From a virus: a stretch of 64,000 bases of DNA. The position numbers and the translations under genes are program-made. Under the pieces are notes generated by a model, which was given only the letters and a program-made list of their open reading frames with translations, was not told the DNA's origin and did not search any database. Below are positions 55,999 to 64,000 of the stretch, piece by piece. The stretch lies in IMG/VR virus record IMGVR_UViG_3300012347_000193, positions 32,001-96,000 of that record. The stretch is one strand, 5' to 3'. How positions within the stretch are numbered: the stretch's first letter is position 1; each line of letters begins with the position of its first letter.

Positions 55999-56554
55999 AT
56001 ACGCATGTAAAGACGTAGTGTTCCACTTTAACAAGGCACACTTACAAGACGAGACCATTCCAATGTGGGTCTTAAAATCACATGGAGAAACCTTTTATGT
56101 TAATCATGTGGAATGCAATGTTCCATGGAGTACGAAAGAGACCCCAGATAACCCAAGTACAAAAGGTAGTATCAAAGTCAAGAATGTATTATTGACGATT
56201 GATCCAGACAACAACGCAAACTTAACCAAGCTAACTGTTTTTGATAAAGTACGATTACGCAACCAGAAGATGGGCATTACTCGTATCATGTTCTTGCCAA
56301 ACTCTGACATTCATACTGCATTATTAGAGAACAAACTAAAGCATGGACCAATGAAACGAATCACTGCACCTTGCACTACAGCATACATTGTGTGTGACTT
56401 GCTTGATAAAGCAGAGGCTACATTCGCTACATTGAAGTATGACACTTTCAGAGTACTACAACCCAATGACAGCTACTACCAACGTTATGACGAAGATAAA
56501 GACTACATCAGTCCTGACTACTCGGATAAAGACACCCCGTATGAGTACAGTTAA
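55979..56554 (+). CDS. Hypothetical protein with an in-frame TAG at codon 5 (readthrough or pseudogene)
   Basis: TAAATA (55946-55951), AAGGAG SD (55967-55972) and ATG 55979 give MSQQ*IEYACKDVVFHFNK..., continuous with the track ORF 56018-56554, whose GTG lacks an SD. Confidence 0.65.
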
Positions 56555-56750
56555 ACTTTTTGTACCTAATAGTGACTTCTCTGATGTGTGTAAACATGTC
56601 AGTGAGAGTGGGGTAAAGTATTACCCCATTCGTAGACACGGTGAAATGGTTGGTAGTCTATATCGTGCCGGGTATCTCTTTGAAATGGATAAGTATCACC
56701 CCATTGTGTCCTTTTTGATTCTCAAATTTGACCTAAAAGTTTCTGATTGA
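56541..56750 (+). CDS. Hypothetical protein (69 aa)
   Basis: ATG 56541 overlaps the upstream gene end and is preferred over the track start at 56439. Confidence 0.55.
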   Translation: MSTVKLFVPNSDFSDVCKHVSESGVKYYPIRRHGEMVGSLYRAGYLFEMDKYHPIVSFLILKFDLKVSD

Positions 56751-56847
56751 GGGAGTTTGTGTTATAATAAATACATTACTAGATAGGCTAGTAATTCAAC
56801 AGACTTTAACCAACATGCTCTTAGTCTGTGAGCAGTAAAAGGAAATT

Positions 56848-57654
56848 ATGATGTACGCAAACAAGCTCGTGGCGAGCCTAAAAGCCAATGGTAAAATTCT
56901 CCGCGAATTCAAAGACAATGTTTATATTCCCTTCGGCAGCGAATATAGCTTCTTACTAAAAAACCTCAACACAAAACGAGCATTAGTCAATGTATTCATT
57001 GATGGTGAAGACATGACACCTGGTGGTCTTGTTCTCAATGCAGGTCAAGAAGTTGACTTGGAACGCTCAATCAAAAACGGCAATCTACGTGAAGGTAACA
57101 AGTTCAAGTTCATTGAACGTACTAGTGCAGTAGAGAAGCATCGTGGTATCAAACTAGAAGACGGATTGATTCGTATTGAGTTTCAGTTTGAATTGAATCA
57201 CCCGATGCAATCGTTCTTTGATAACAATGCTAACAGTTGGGCGAAGAGTCCTATGCGTGGATTCACCGATATCACTTACGGTGTACCACAAGGCACCGGT
57301 TCAGCATGGTATGCTACTACAAATGCTTCCACTGACGCTAGATGTATCAGTGCGAGTGGCTCAACCTCTATGAACGTTTCAGCACAAGCACAATCAATGC
57401 CAGCTAACGATGTTGGCATCACTGTAGCAGGTAGCAAGAGTGAACAACGATTCACTACAACTACAATGGGTGTGATGGAAACTGAAAAGCATTCTATCAT
57501 CTTTATGTTGTTAGGTGAGACAGAAGACAACAAGCCTGTATTAGAACCCGTCAATGTCAAGATGAAGCCAAAGTGTACATCATGTGGTAAGCAAAACAAA
57601 GCAACTGCAAAGTATTGTTCGGAATGTGGCACACATTTAGAACTATTTGCTTAA
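56848..57654 (+). CDS. Protein with a C-terminal zinc ribbon
   Basis: CTSCG...YCSECG; AAGGA SD. TATAAT/ATAAATA promoter motifs at 56763-56773. Confidence 0.8.
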   Translation: MMYANKLVASLKANGKILREFKDNVYIPFGSEYSFLLKNLNTKRALVNVFIDGEDMTPGGLVLNAGQEVDLERSIKNGNLREGNKFKFIERTSAVEKHRGIKLEDGLIRIEFQFELNHPMQSFFDNNANSWAKSPMRGFTDITYGVPQGTGSAWYATTNASTDARCISASGSTSMNVSAQAQSMPANDVGITVAGSKSEQRFTTTTMGVMETEKHSIIFMLLGETEDNKPVLEPVNVKMKPKCTSCGKQNKATAKYCSECGTHLELFA

Positions 57655-57683
57655 TTGACTTATACCCTAAGTTGTGATATACT
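57655..57683 (+). promoter_or_regulatory. Sigma70 promoter TTGACT-N17-TATACT (extended -10); leaderless mRNA
   Basis: The predicted +1 coincides with ATG 57690. The spacer pairs with the start region (57662-57672/57681-57691). Confidence 0.75.
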
Positions 57684-57689
57684 TGGGGT

Positions 57690-57944
57690 ATGCAAATAGA
57701 AAACTCTCTCGACTGGCAAGCTGTCCATTCTGAATTAAGAACTCAGATTGGGCAGCTTCCGTATAATCCCGATTTGCGTAGAATGTTGAACAACATCAGC
57801 AACATGGTATCAGAGTTAAGTTCTGCCGAAGTAGAATCAAGACGTATCAATAAGCCAGAGTACAATAAACTAAAGGTCGATGCTATTAATAAAGCCATCG
57901 ACCACTTAGAGAAACTATTGCTTATCGCAAAATTAATGAGTTAG
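57690..57944 (+). CDS. Hypothetical helical protein
   Basis: 84-aa ORF ending in TAG. Confidence 0.7.
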   Translation: MQIENSLDWQAVHSELRTQIGQLPYNPDLRRMLNNISNMVSELSSAEVESRRINKPEYNKLKVDAINKAIDHLEKLLLIAKLMS

Positions 57945-59719
57945 AATGTTCCGGTGTAAGTTGTCGGGAACTGTCTAACATCACCTGGCCAAATGATTCT
58001 GACTGCTCCATTTCCAGGAGGCGTCACTGTATCAGAAGTACTTGAACCTCCTCCGCTTCCCCCTCCGTATATTCCACCTACAGTACCCGACACTGATGCA
58101 GGATTTGGGTCTATTCCTCCGCTACCAGGACCGCCCTTACGACCATTCGCTGTGCTGCTTGCGCCACCAACACCGTCAGCGCCTTGACCTAGTAGACCGA
58201 CTCCGCCACCACCTCCACCGTACACTGTAGTGTTAGTGTAGCCAGCTCCACCACCACCGCCACCTCCACCTGCACCGTTTGCACCTGGCAATGTGCCATT
58301 ACCGCCAGTAGCACCTGCGCCACCTGCTCCTGAATAGCCACCAGCACCACCTCCACCACCACCTTTTGTAACTGTAGCACTGCCGCCTCTGCCACCAGCA
58401 CCGCCTGTTCCAACTATAACGGTGCCTCCTAACGTAGCATTCGCAGTAGGGACTGAGCCACCGCCACCAGCCTTACATATCACTGTGCCATCGGATTTGG
58501 TTACTGCACTAAACCCACCGTCTACGTTGTATCTGCCGTACGCGCCTGCAACAACTGTTAAAGATTGACCCGGTGTGACTGCATAATTATTTACGTAAGC
58601 TAAGGCACCGCCTCCACCGCCACGATATACTGTACTGTTTGTTAAAGAACCTCGACCGCCACCACCGACTGCAACCATACTGATTGATGTGACACCTTCA
58701 GGTACTACCCAAGTAGATGTGCTGGAATTAGTAAATTCTACCTGCCCTGCATTGTCGAGAGCATCAGCTATACCAGTAGAGGGATATAGTCTTGATAGTC
58801 CGGGATATATTATTCGCACCGCACCGCCACTACCAGCTGCGCCCGCAGCAGCACCGCTACCACCAGCACCACCGGCTCCTCCACCGTAGCTACCACCTAT
58901 ACCGGTATTAAACGGTGTGAGGTGAGCATCGCCACCGGCTCCTCCACCCGAGCCACCGAAACCTGCATTACCGGCTCCGGTGCCACCGGTTCCGCTTGCT
59001 CCCTCTCCGAAAATTCCGACACCACCACCGCCACCGCCACCTGGTCTAGTAGTTAAATTATATCCACCGTTACCGCCGTGACCCGCACCCCCTGTACCAG
59101 GTGAGCCTCCGTAGTTGTTGGCACTATTATAAATGTCTCCACCTTTGCCGCCTGCCCCTGAGTAGCCACCAGCTCCTCCACCAGCACCACCGGCCCCTGC
59201 TGCTTGCGCACCCCAATTATTGGATCTACCACTTGCACCACCGGCACCACCACCACCGCTTGATGATAGTATTGAGCCACCTGCAACTGAATCGCCGTTA
59301 GTTGCGCCACCGGCACCACCACCTGCTCCGCATAATAAAGTTGCGCCACGCATTACTTTAGTATCACCACCGTTACCGCCGGTGCTTGTACCAGATGCTC
59401 CTGCTGTTCCACCAGAACCAACTATGACTGTTAGTGTTTCTCCGGCGGTGACTGAAATAGAGTTGACATACGATAACGCACCACCGCCTCCACCTGCTCC
59501 ACCGCGAGAACCAGTTCTACCACCGCTTCCACCACCAGCGCCGACAGTAACAACACTAATCTCAGTGACATTAGATGGAACTGTCCAAGAATATGTTCCG
59601 GCAGAGGTATATGCTACCTGTCCAGTTAATGTTCCGGATGTTATTGAAGTTCTGGAAAGGATAGCTCCTGCGACAGAAACCCAAGAGAACCCGCTAGTCA
59701 TTGATGAAAGTCTTGACAT
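57941..59719 (-). CDS. Glycine-rich virion / fibre protein with two tandem Gly-rich domains
   Basis: Two units of the form GQV.(Y/F)T.....W.VP..VT.IS.V.VG.GG ... GAVRII(Y/W)PG..R..P. Confidence 0.8.
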   Translation of the reverse strand: MSRLSSMTSGFSWVSVAGAILSRTSITSGTLTGQVAYTSAGTYSWTVPSNVTEISVVTVGAGGGSGGRTGSRGGAGGGGGALSYVNSISVTAGETLTVIVGSGGTAGASGTSTGGNGGDTKVMRGATLLCGAGGGAGGATNGDSVAGGSILSSSGGGGAGGASGRSNNWGAQAAGAGGAGGGAGGYSGAGGKGGDIYNSANNYGGSPGTGGAGHGGNGGYNLTTRPGGGGGGGVGIFGEGASGTGGTGAGNAGFGGSGGGAGGDAHLTPFNTGIGGSYGGGAGGAGGSGAAAGAAGSGGAVRIIYPGLSRLYPSTGIADALDNAGQVEFTNSSTSTWVVPEGVTSISMVAVGGGGRGSLTNSTVYRGGGGGALAYVNNYAVTPGQSLTVVAGAYGRYNVDGGFSAVTKSDGTVICKAGGGGSVPTANATLGGTVIVGTGGAGGRGGSATVTKGGGGGGAGGYSGAGGAGATGGNGTLPGANGAGGGGGGGGAGYTNTTVYGGGGGGVGLLGQGADGVGGASSTANGRKGGPGSGGIDPNPASVSGTVGGIYGGGSGGGSSTSDTVTPPGNGAVRIIWPGDVRQFPTTYTGTF

Positions 59720-59725
59720 ATTCCT

Positions 59726-62700
59726 TTAACCGTATGATGCTGATTGACCAAGAACAGTCCATGTTCCTGAACTGCTTCTAATTAGTGAGTAAGAAACAAC
59801 ATCAATTTTATTGCTTGAAGCAGTGGGAGCAGTAGAACTAATCCACTTAATTGTTTGCGATGCACCTGCAATCTGAAAATCTGTTGGCAGATATCCAGTA
59901 GCCCCTTGAGTTACTATAAATGTTACTATAGTTGTTCTATTAGTTGTAGTGGGGACGTTAATTAAATTTATTGACCATGATGCTGTCGTAGTCACATCAA
60001 ACACTGACCCGGTAGTTAAGTCATATTCTTTGAGACCCGACGGGGATGATGAAAGTGTAACATCTTGTGTTGCCTGAAACGTAACGAACCCTGTAGTGAA
60101 ATTAGTATTTCCTGCAACGTTTAACCCAGTCAGCATACCAACACTAGTGATATTGGGTTGTGCTGATGATGTGACGGTTTCGGCAACTAATGCGTTAGCG
60201 ACTTGACCTGATACATTAGCACCTGCTACTGAATTAGCAGTTGTTGCGTAAGTAACTGCACCTGATACGTTTGCTCCAGCTACTGCGTTAGCGATTGCGG
60301 CATAGCTTACTTGACCGGTTACGTTAGCACCCTGAATGTTACTTAGATTGTTACCGGCACCTATGAAGTAATTAGCTGTGATTTCGTTCACGCCAGTGAT
60401 AGAACCGCCTGATCCTGATCCTGCGACAATTTTTGTAGTAACTGTTAAGTTGCCTGAGATTTCGGCACCTGAACTAGAAACTGATAACACATTTGCAACA
60501 CCTGCTACGCTTGTTGTAACTTCACCGCCTGATGTGCTAACGCTTACATTACTTGTTCCGTTGCTAATGATTGAGGATGTACCACCTGCTACTGATGCCC
60601 AAGAAAGAGTGCCGCTGCCATCGGTTCTTAAATACTGACCTGACGTGCCCCCTGCAATATGTAAGTTACCTACACTACCTAAAGTGACGTTCGCAGTTGT
60701 CGTAAAGTTAACGACACCGGTTGCATTACTTACAGTCAATCCAGTTAATGAACCTACACTGGTGATATTAGGTTGCGCATTTGTGTAAACAGTACTAGCA
60801 ACTAATGCATTAGCTACTTGTCCTGAAATGTTTGCACCTGGCAAGCTAGTTAACAAGCTACCATCTGCACTGATTTTATGACTAAAGGTAAACGAGTTAG
60901 TGCTGTTGATATACAACATATTTGCACTAGCGCCGTTGATAATGATACCGGCACCGTTTGCTAATGTAGAGCTTGATGCGTCATTTGCTAATACTAATGC
61001 CAAGTCATCAACTTGTACTATAGTGGAATTAATAGAAGTTACTGTACCGTTAACAGTCAAGTTCCCACCGACTACTAAGTTTCCATTAATGCCTAAGTTA
61101 GTTAATGTGCCAACTGATGTAATGTTAGGTTGAGCGTTAGTGTAAACCGTACCCGCTACCAATGCGTTAGCTACTTGGCCTGATACATTTGCACCTGCAA
61201 CACTGTTAGCAGTCACCGCAGTTGTTGCTACTAAAGCGTTAGCTACTTGACCCGATACGTTAGCGCCGGCTACACTGTTGGCTGTTGTTGCGTAAGTTGC
61301 TAATCCAACTGCACCTGTTATATTTGCACCCTGAATGTTGCTTAGATTGTTACCGGAGCCTGAAAAATAATTCGCAGTTACTAAGTTGCCTAAGTCGGCG
61401 TTACTAGTGATTAGCTTGTTGTTAGCGTAATCAAACACTAAGCTACCACTTGCCCCAAAATCCCCTGCATAATTAAATTGAATTTGAGTATCTGCACCTG
61501 CTACTGTACTAGTGCCACCACCGCCACCGGTCGTAGCTGTAATCCAAGACAACTGACCTGCACCATCCGTAGACAATACTTGTCCTGAGATGCCTCCCGT
61601 GATATGAATATTACTGACGACACCTAAATTAACGTTACTTGCTCCTGCAAGATTAACTACTCCAGTGCTAACTAATCCAGTAAGAGTGCCAACACTCGTA
61701 ATGTTGGATTGGGTAGCATCAGTTACAGTATTAGCGGTACTGATGATAGTGGGCTTGTTAGTTAAATCAGTATAACTACCGCTGAATAGAGTTGGCTTAT
61801 TAGCTAATGATGAATACTCTCCGTCGAACAGTGTAGGCTTGTTAGTTAAATCAGTATAACTACCGCTGAATAACGCCGGCTTATTGGCTAACGATGCATA
61901 CTCCCCATCGAATAACGCAGGGGTATTACTTAAATCGGTGTAGTCACCCGAGATTGCTACTGCTGCCAAGTCACTAGTATCTGCTTTATTGGCAAGACTG
62001 TTAGTTATTGTAGTTGTGAAAGAAGCGTCATTGCCTAACGCATTCGCAAGTTCATTTAAAGTGTTTAATACTGCAGGAGCACCACCAACTAAGTCGCTGA
62101 CTGCACTATCAACGTATAAGGTAGAAGCAAAGTACGTGTCAGGGTGACCATTCAATGAAACAGCATTCACATTAGTAACTGAGCTACCGTTACCTGCCAA
62201 GAACGTAGCTGATAATGTACGTGAAGTCTTGTTAAATGTTAAGTTACCGTCTCCGGCAGTTGTACCGTTATCGTTAAATTGAATTTGCGTATTACTACCT
62301 GCAGGATCACTGACACCGCTAGTACTAACCCCAGTCAATTGACTACCGTCACCAAAGAAACGTGTAGCAGTGATGTTGCCGTTGACTGTTAACCCGGTCA
62401 GTGTACCTACACTAGTGATGTTGGGTTGAGCGTTAGTAAACACTGTACCGGACATGTGAGAACTAGGCACTTCACCGTATATGTTTGCCGCTCTAATATT
62501 ACCTATCATGTAGCCATCACCCTGCAAGAATGATGCTTTTAATACATTTGTAGTTCGGTTGAAGGTTAGATTAGAACTAGCACCTAGATTACCGTTGTTA
62601 TTGAATTGAATTTGAGTGTTACTACCTGCAGTCGTCTGTCCGCCTGTCAGATAAGTAGTAACCTCAATAACCTCACCGTTTAATGGTGTACCCGTAAAAG

Positions 62701-63082
62701 TAACTACATTACCAGAAAGATTGAAGGCTGCACTTTGCTGTAAGATACCATCAATGTTGATAATAACGTGGTCAACGTCAGTGGGTATGGAAGTCAATGT
62801 GAACTGAGTAGCGGTTCCGTCTCCGACAAAAGAGTCTCTACTGATTCCAGTGAACCCGTTAACAATTTGAATTCCACCACCAGTATTTTCTACCCAAGAT
62901 AGATTACCACTACCGTCTGTGCTTAAAATATGCCCGTCAGACCCACCGTCAATTGTGATATTTGACGCAGGTCCTAAATTAGTTAAACCTGAAACGTCTA
63001 AGTTGCCGGTAACATTGGCATTAGCAAAGGTAAATGTTGCACTGGTATTTACACTGTTTGGTTCTAATTTTGTGAATGCCAT
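59726..63082 (-). CDS. Long tail fibre-like protein with mosaic repeats
   Basis: Repeats of AQPNITSVG.LT (x5), AG.(N/D)TQIQFN (x3), GANVSGQVANALVA and LSTDG.G.LSW; an AP..LNTLNELA.ALGND motif. Late motif TAAATA at 63104-63109 (minus strand). Confidence 0.8.
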   Translation of the reverse strand: MAFTKLEPNSVNTSATFTFANANVTGNLDVSGLTNLGPASNITIDGGSDGHILSTDGSGNLSWVENTGGGIQIVNGFTGISRDSFVGDGTATQFTLTSIPTDVDHVIINIDGILQQSAAFNLSGNVVTFTGTPLNGEVIEVTTYLTGGQTTAGSNTQIQFNNNGNLGASSNLTFNRTTNVLKASFLQGDGYMIGNIRAANIYGEVPSSHMSGTVFTNAQPNITSVGTLTGLTVNGNITATRFFGDGSQLTGVSTSGVSDPAGSNTQIQFNDNGTTAGDGNLTFNKTSRTLSATFLAGNGSSVTNVNAVSLNGHPDTYFASTLYVDSAVSDLVGGAPAVLNTLNELANALGNDASFTTTITNSLANKADTSDLAAVAISGDYTDLSNTPALFDGEYASLANKPALFSGSYTDLTNKPTLFDGEYSSLANKPTLFSGSYTDLTNKPTIISTANTVTDATQSNITSVGTLTGLVSTGVVNLAGASNVNLGVVSNIHITGGISGQVLSTDGAGQLSWITATTGGGGGTSTVAGADTQIQFNYAGDFGASGSLVFDYANNKLITSNADLGNLVTANYFSGSGNNLSNIQGANITGAVGLATYATTANSVAGANVSGQVANALVATTAVTANSVAGANVSGQVANALVAGTVYTNAQPNITSVGTLTNLGINGNLVVGGNLTVNGTVTSINSTIVQVDDLALVLANDASSSTLANGAGIIINGASANMLYINSTNSFTFSHKISADGSLLTSLPGANISGQVANALVASTVYTNAQPNITSVGSLTGLTVSNATGVVNFTTTANVTLGSVGNLHIAGGTSGQYLRTDGSGTLSWASVAGGTSSIISNGTSNVSVSTSGGEVTTSVAGVANVLSVSSSGAEISGNLTVTTKIVAGSGSGGSITGVNEITANYFIGAGNNLSNIQGANVTGQVSYAAIANAVAGANVSGAVTYATTANSVAGANVSGQVANALVAETVTSSAQPNITSVGMLTGLNVAGNTNFTTGFVTFQATQDVTLSSSPSGLKEYDLTTGSVFDVTTTASWSINLINVPTTTNRTTIVTFIVTQGATGYLPTDFQIAGASQTIKWISSTAPTASSNKIDVVSYSLIRSSSGTWTVLGQSASYG
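61752..61945 (-). repeat. Tandem 42-nt (14-aa) repeats LF(S/D)G.Y..L.NKP., including an exact 37-nt duplication at 84-nt spacing
   Basis: GGCTTGTTAGTTAAATCAGTATAACTACCGCTGAATA at 61752-61788 and 61836-61872. Confidence 0.85.
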
Positions 63083-63139
63083 TCTTTTTCCCTGTTTATT
63101 ATGTATTTAGTCAAAAATGAACTAAACACCTACAGGGAG

Positions 63140-64000
63140 TTAGATGAACCAAGTAATGATGCTGTATCTAGTACCGCTAGTCACTGGCATAATCTCATGA
63201 GGGTACATGAAATTGCTAGGAAACATGATAATCGACCCCTTTTTCACATTGTAGGTCTTTTCTCTATTCCAGAATGCCCACTCGCCGCCTTCGTAATCGT
63301 TATTCAATGCGATACTACATGATACTGCTCTTGGTTGTTGCATGAAACTATCAGTATGTTCGACATAAAACCCGCCTGTTTTGTATCTAAGCAAGTCATA
63401 TCCGGTATCTTGCTGGATCATTGCCAGTGGAAATTTCTTATTATACTCGTTGATAGCCTTGTTGGTGCAGTTAAAGATTTTAGTATCAAGTTCTTTTCTT
63501 ACTTCATAGTTTCTGTCAATAACTTCAGCTATGCTTATACCTATAATATCATTGTTTCGAACATCTTTGTTTGAAGTTCCGGATGATATAGTTGATGGAT
63601 ACCAATCGTTACCGTCTCTATACTCGTTGAGAATCTGGTCACAAAGTTCTTCAGGAACTGCATTCTCTAATACCACTACATAGTCTTCGATGTTTCTACT
63701 GAATGTAGTAACCTCAGGTTCTGATACCTGAATAGTTGCAGATGGCTCGTCTTGAATTAGTTTAGTGTTTTCTTTATCTCTGTTATCAAAAAATGCAAAG
63801 TTTCTGTCTCCTCGGCTTCTAACATAATGTAAGAAAACCTGAACATATTTAGAGCCTTCAAATTTATCTCGCCAGTGGTCTGCCTCGCAACCTAAGTACA
63901 TCATCGCATCACCTGAATTAAGACTTAATCTTGCTTCTTCTCCGTTTGGCTTTGTGATACAAATAGGCCAGTCACTGTCACCTGCTAAATGCAACGTCAG
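63140..64000 (-). CDS. Tandem 2OG-Fe(II) oxygenase (prolyl 4-hydroxylase-like C-terminal domain), 5'-truncated
   Basis: C-terminal domain HTD...LNNDYEGGE...FPS...HE..PV..GTRYS; N-terminal domain remnant GDA..Y.GC...HWR....Y.QVFLHY. Confidence 0.9.
   Translation of the reverse strand: MTLHLAGDSDWPICITKPNGEEARLSLNSGDAMMYLGCEADHWRDKFEGSKYVQVFLHYVRSRGDRNFAFFDNRDKENTKLIQDEPSATIQVSEPEVTTFSRNIEDYVVVLENAVPEELCDQILNEYRDGNDWYPSTISSGTSNKDVRNNDIIGISIAEVIDRNYEVRKELDTKIFNCTNKAINEYNKKFPLAMIQQDTGYDLLRYKTGGFYVEHTDSFMQQPRAVSCSIALNNDYEGGEWAFWNREKTYNVKKGSIIMFPSNFMYPHEIMPVTSGTRYSIITWFI

Noticed and set aside
56799-56834. Classical H-type pseudoknot like the T4 gene 32 operator
   Set aside because: Loop 3 would be 0 nt, which is sterically implausible for a 7-bp stem 1. 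Kept only as alternative helices.
59726-63082. CRISPR array or DGR template/variable repeats
   Set aside because: The repeats are in-frame protein repeats with no unique spacers and no adenine-specific mismatch pattern, and there is no reverse transcriptase or cas gene in the window.
1-64000. Genome-wide TAG reassignment (code 15)
   Set aside because: All long genes, including the 16-kb ORF, are intact in the standard code at high coding density. Only one in-frame TAG candidate was found.

Overview
This window is part of a large T4-like (myovirus-type) phage genome, AT-rich and gene-dense, with no host-chromosome features. In order it contains: the end of a gp26-like hub/chaperone gene joined to a gp51-like ORF by a T-TTT-TTC -1 slippery site (2-621); a 570-nt non-coding gap between convergent genes that holds a ~370-nt heavily base-paired element and a ColE1-pas-like hairpin; a minus-strand block with a Holliday junction resolvase, gp46, gp47 and a gp55-like late sigma factor (1190-5790); a plus-strand baseplate/tail operon with gp54/53/27/5/25/6-like genes and a 5315-aa wedge protein (5909-36053); a ~15-kb glycan biosynthesis and decoration cluster with glycosyltransferases, radical SAM, RmlC, a split TPP enzyme, an NDP-sugar epimerase, an SGNH protein and a carbamoyltransferase (36106-50894); a circularly permuted two-piece tmRNA (tag ANDSVYALAA) whose spacer holds a tRNA-like element; ahpC-ahpD; a degenerate CUA-anticodon tRNA inside an ORF, about 600 nt upstream of a gene with an in-frame TAG at codon 5; and minus-strand fibre genes plus a tandem 2OG-Fe(II) oxygenase. 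The best candidates for new biology are the structured RNA plus pas element (possible RNA-primed origin), the amber tRNA / amber-interrupted gene pair, the permuted tmRNA with an embedded tRNA-like spacer, and the late-expressed glycan cluster. All protein calls come from motif recognition by eye; no database searches were run.
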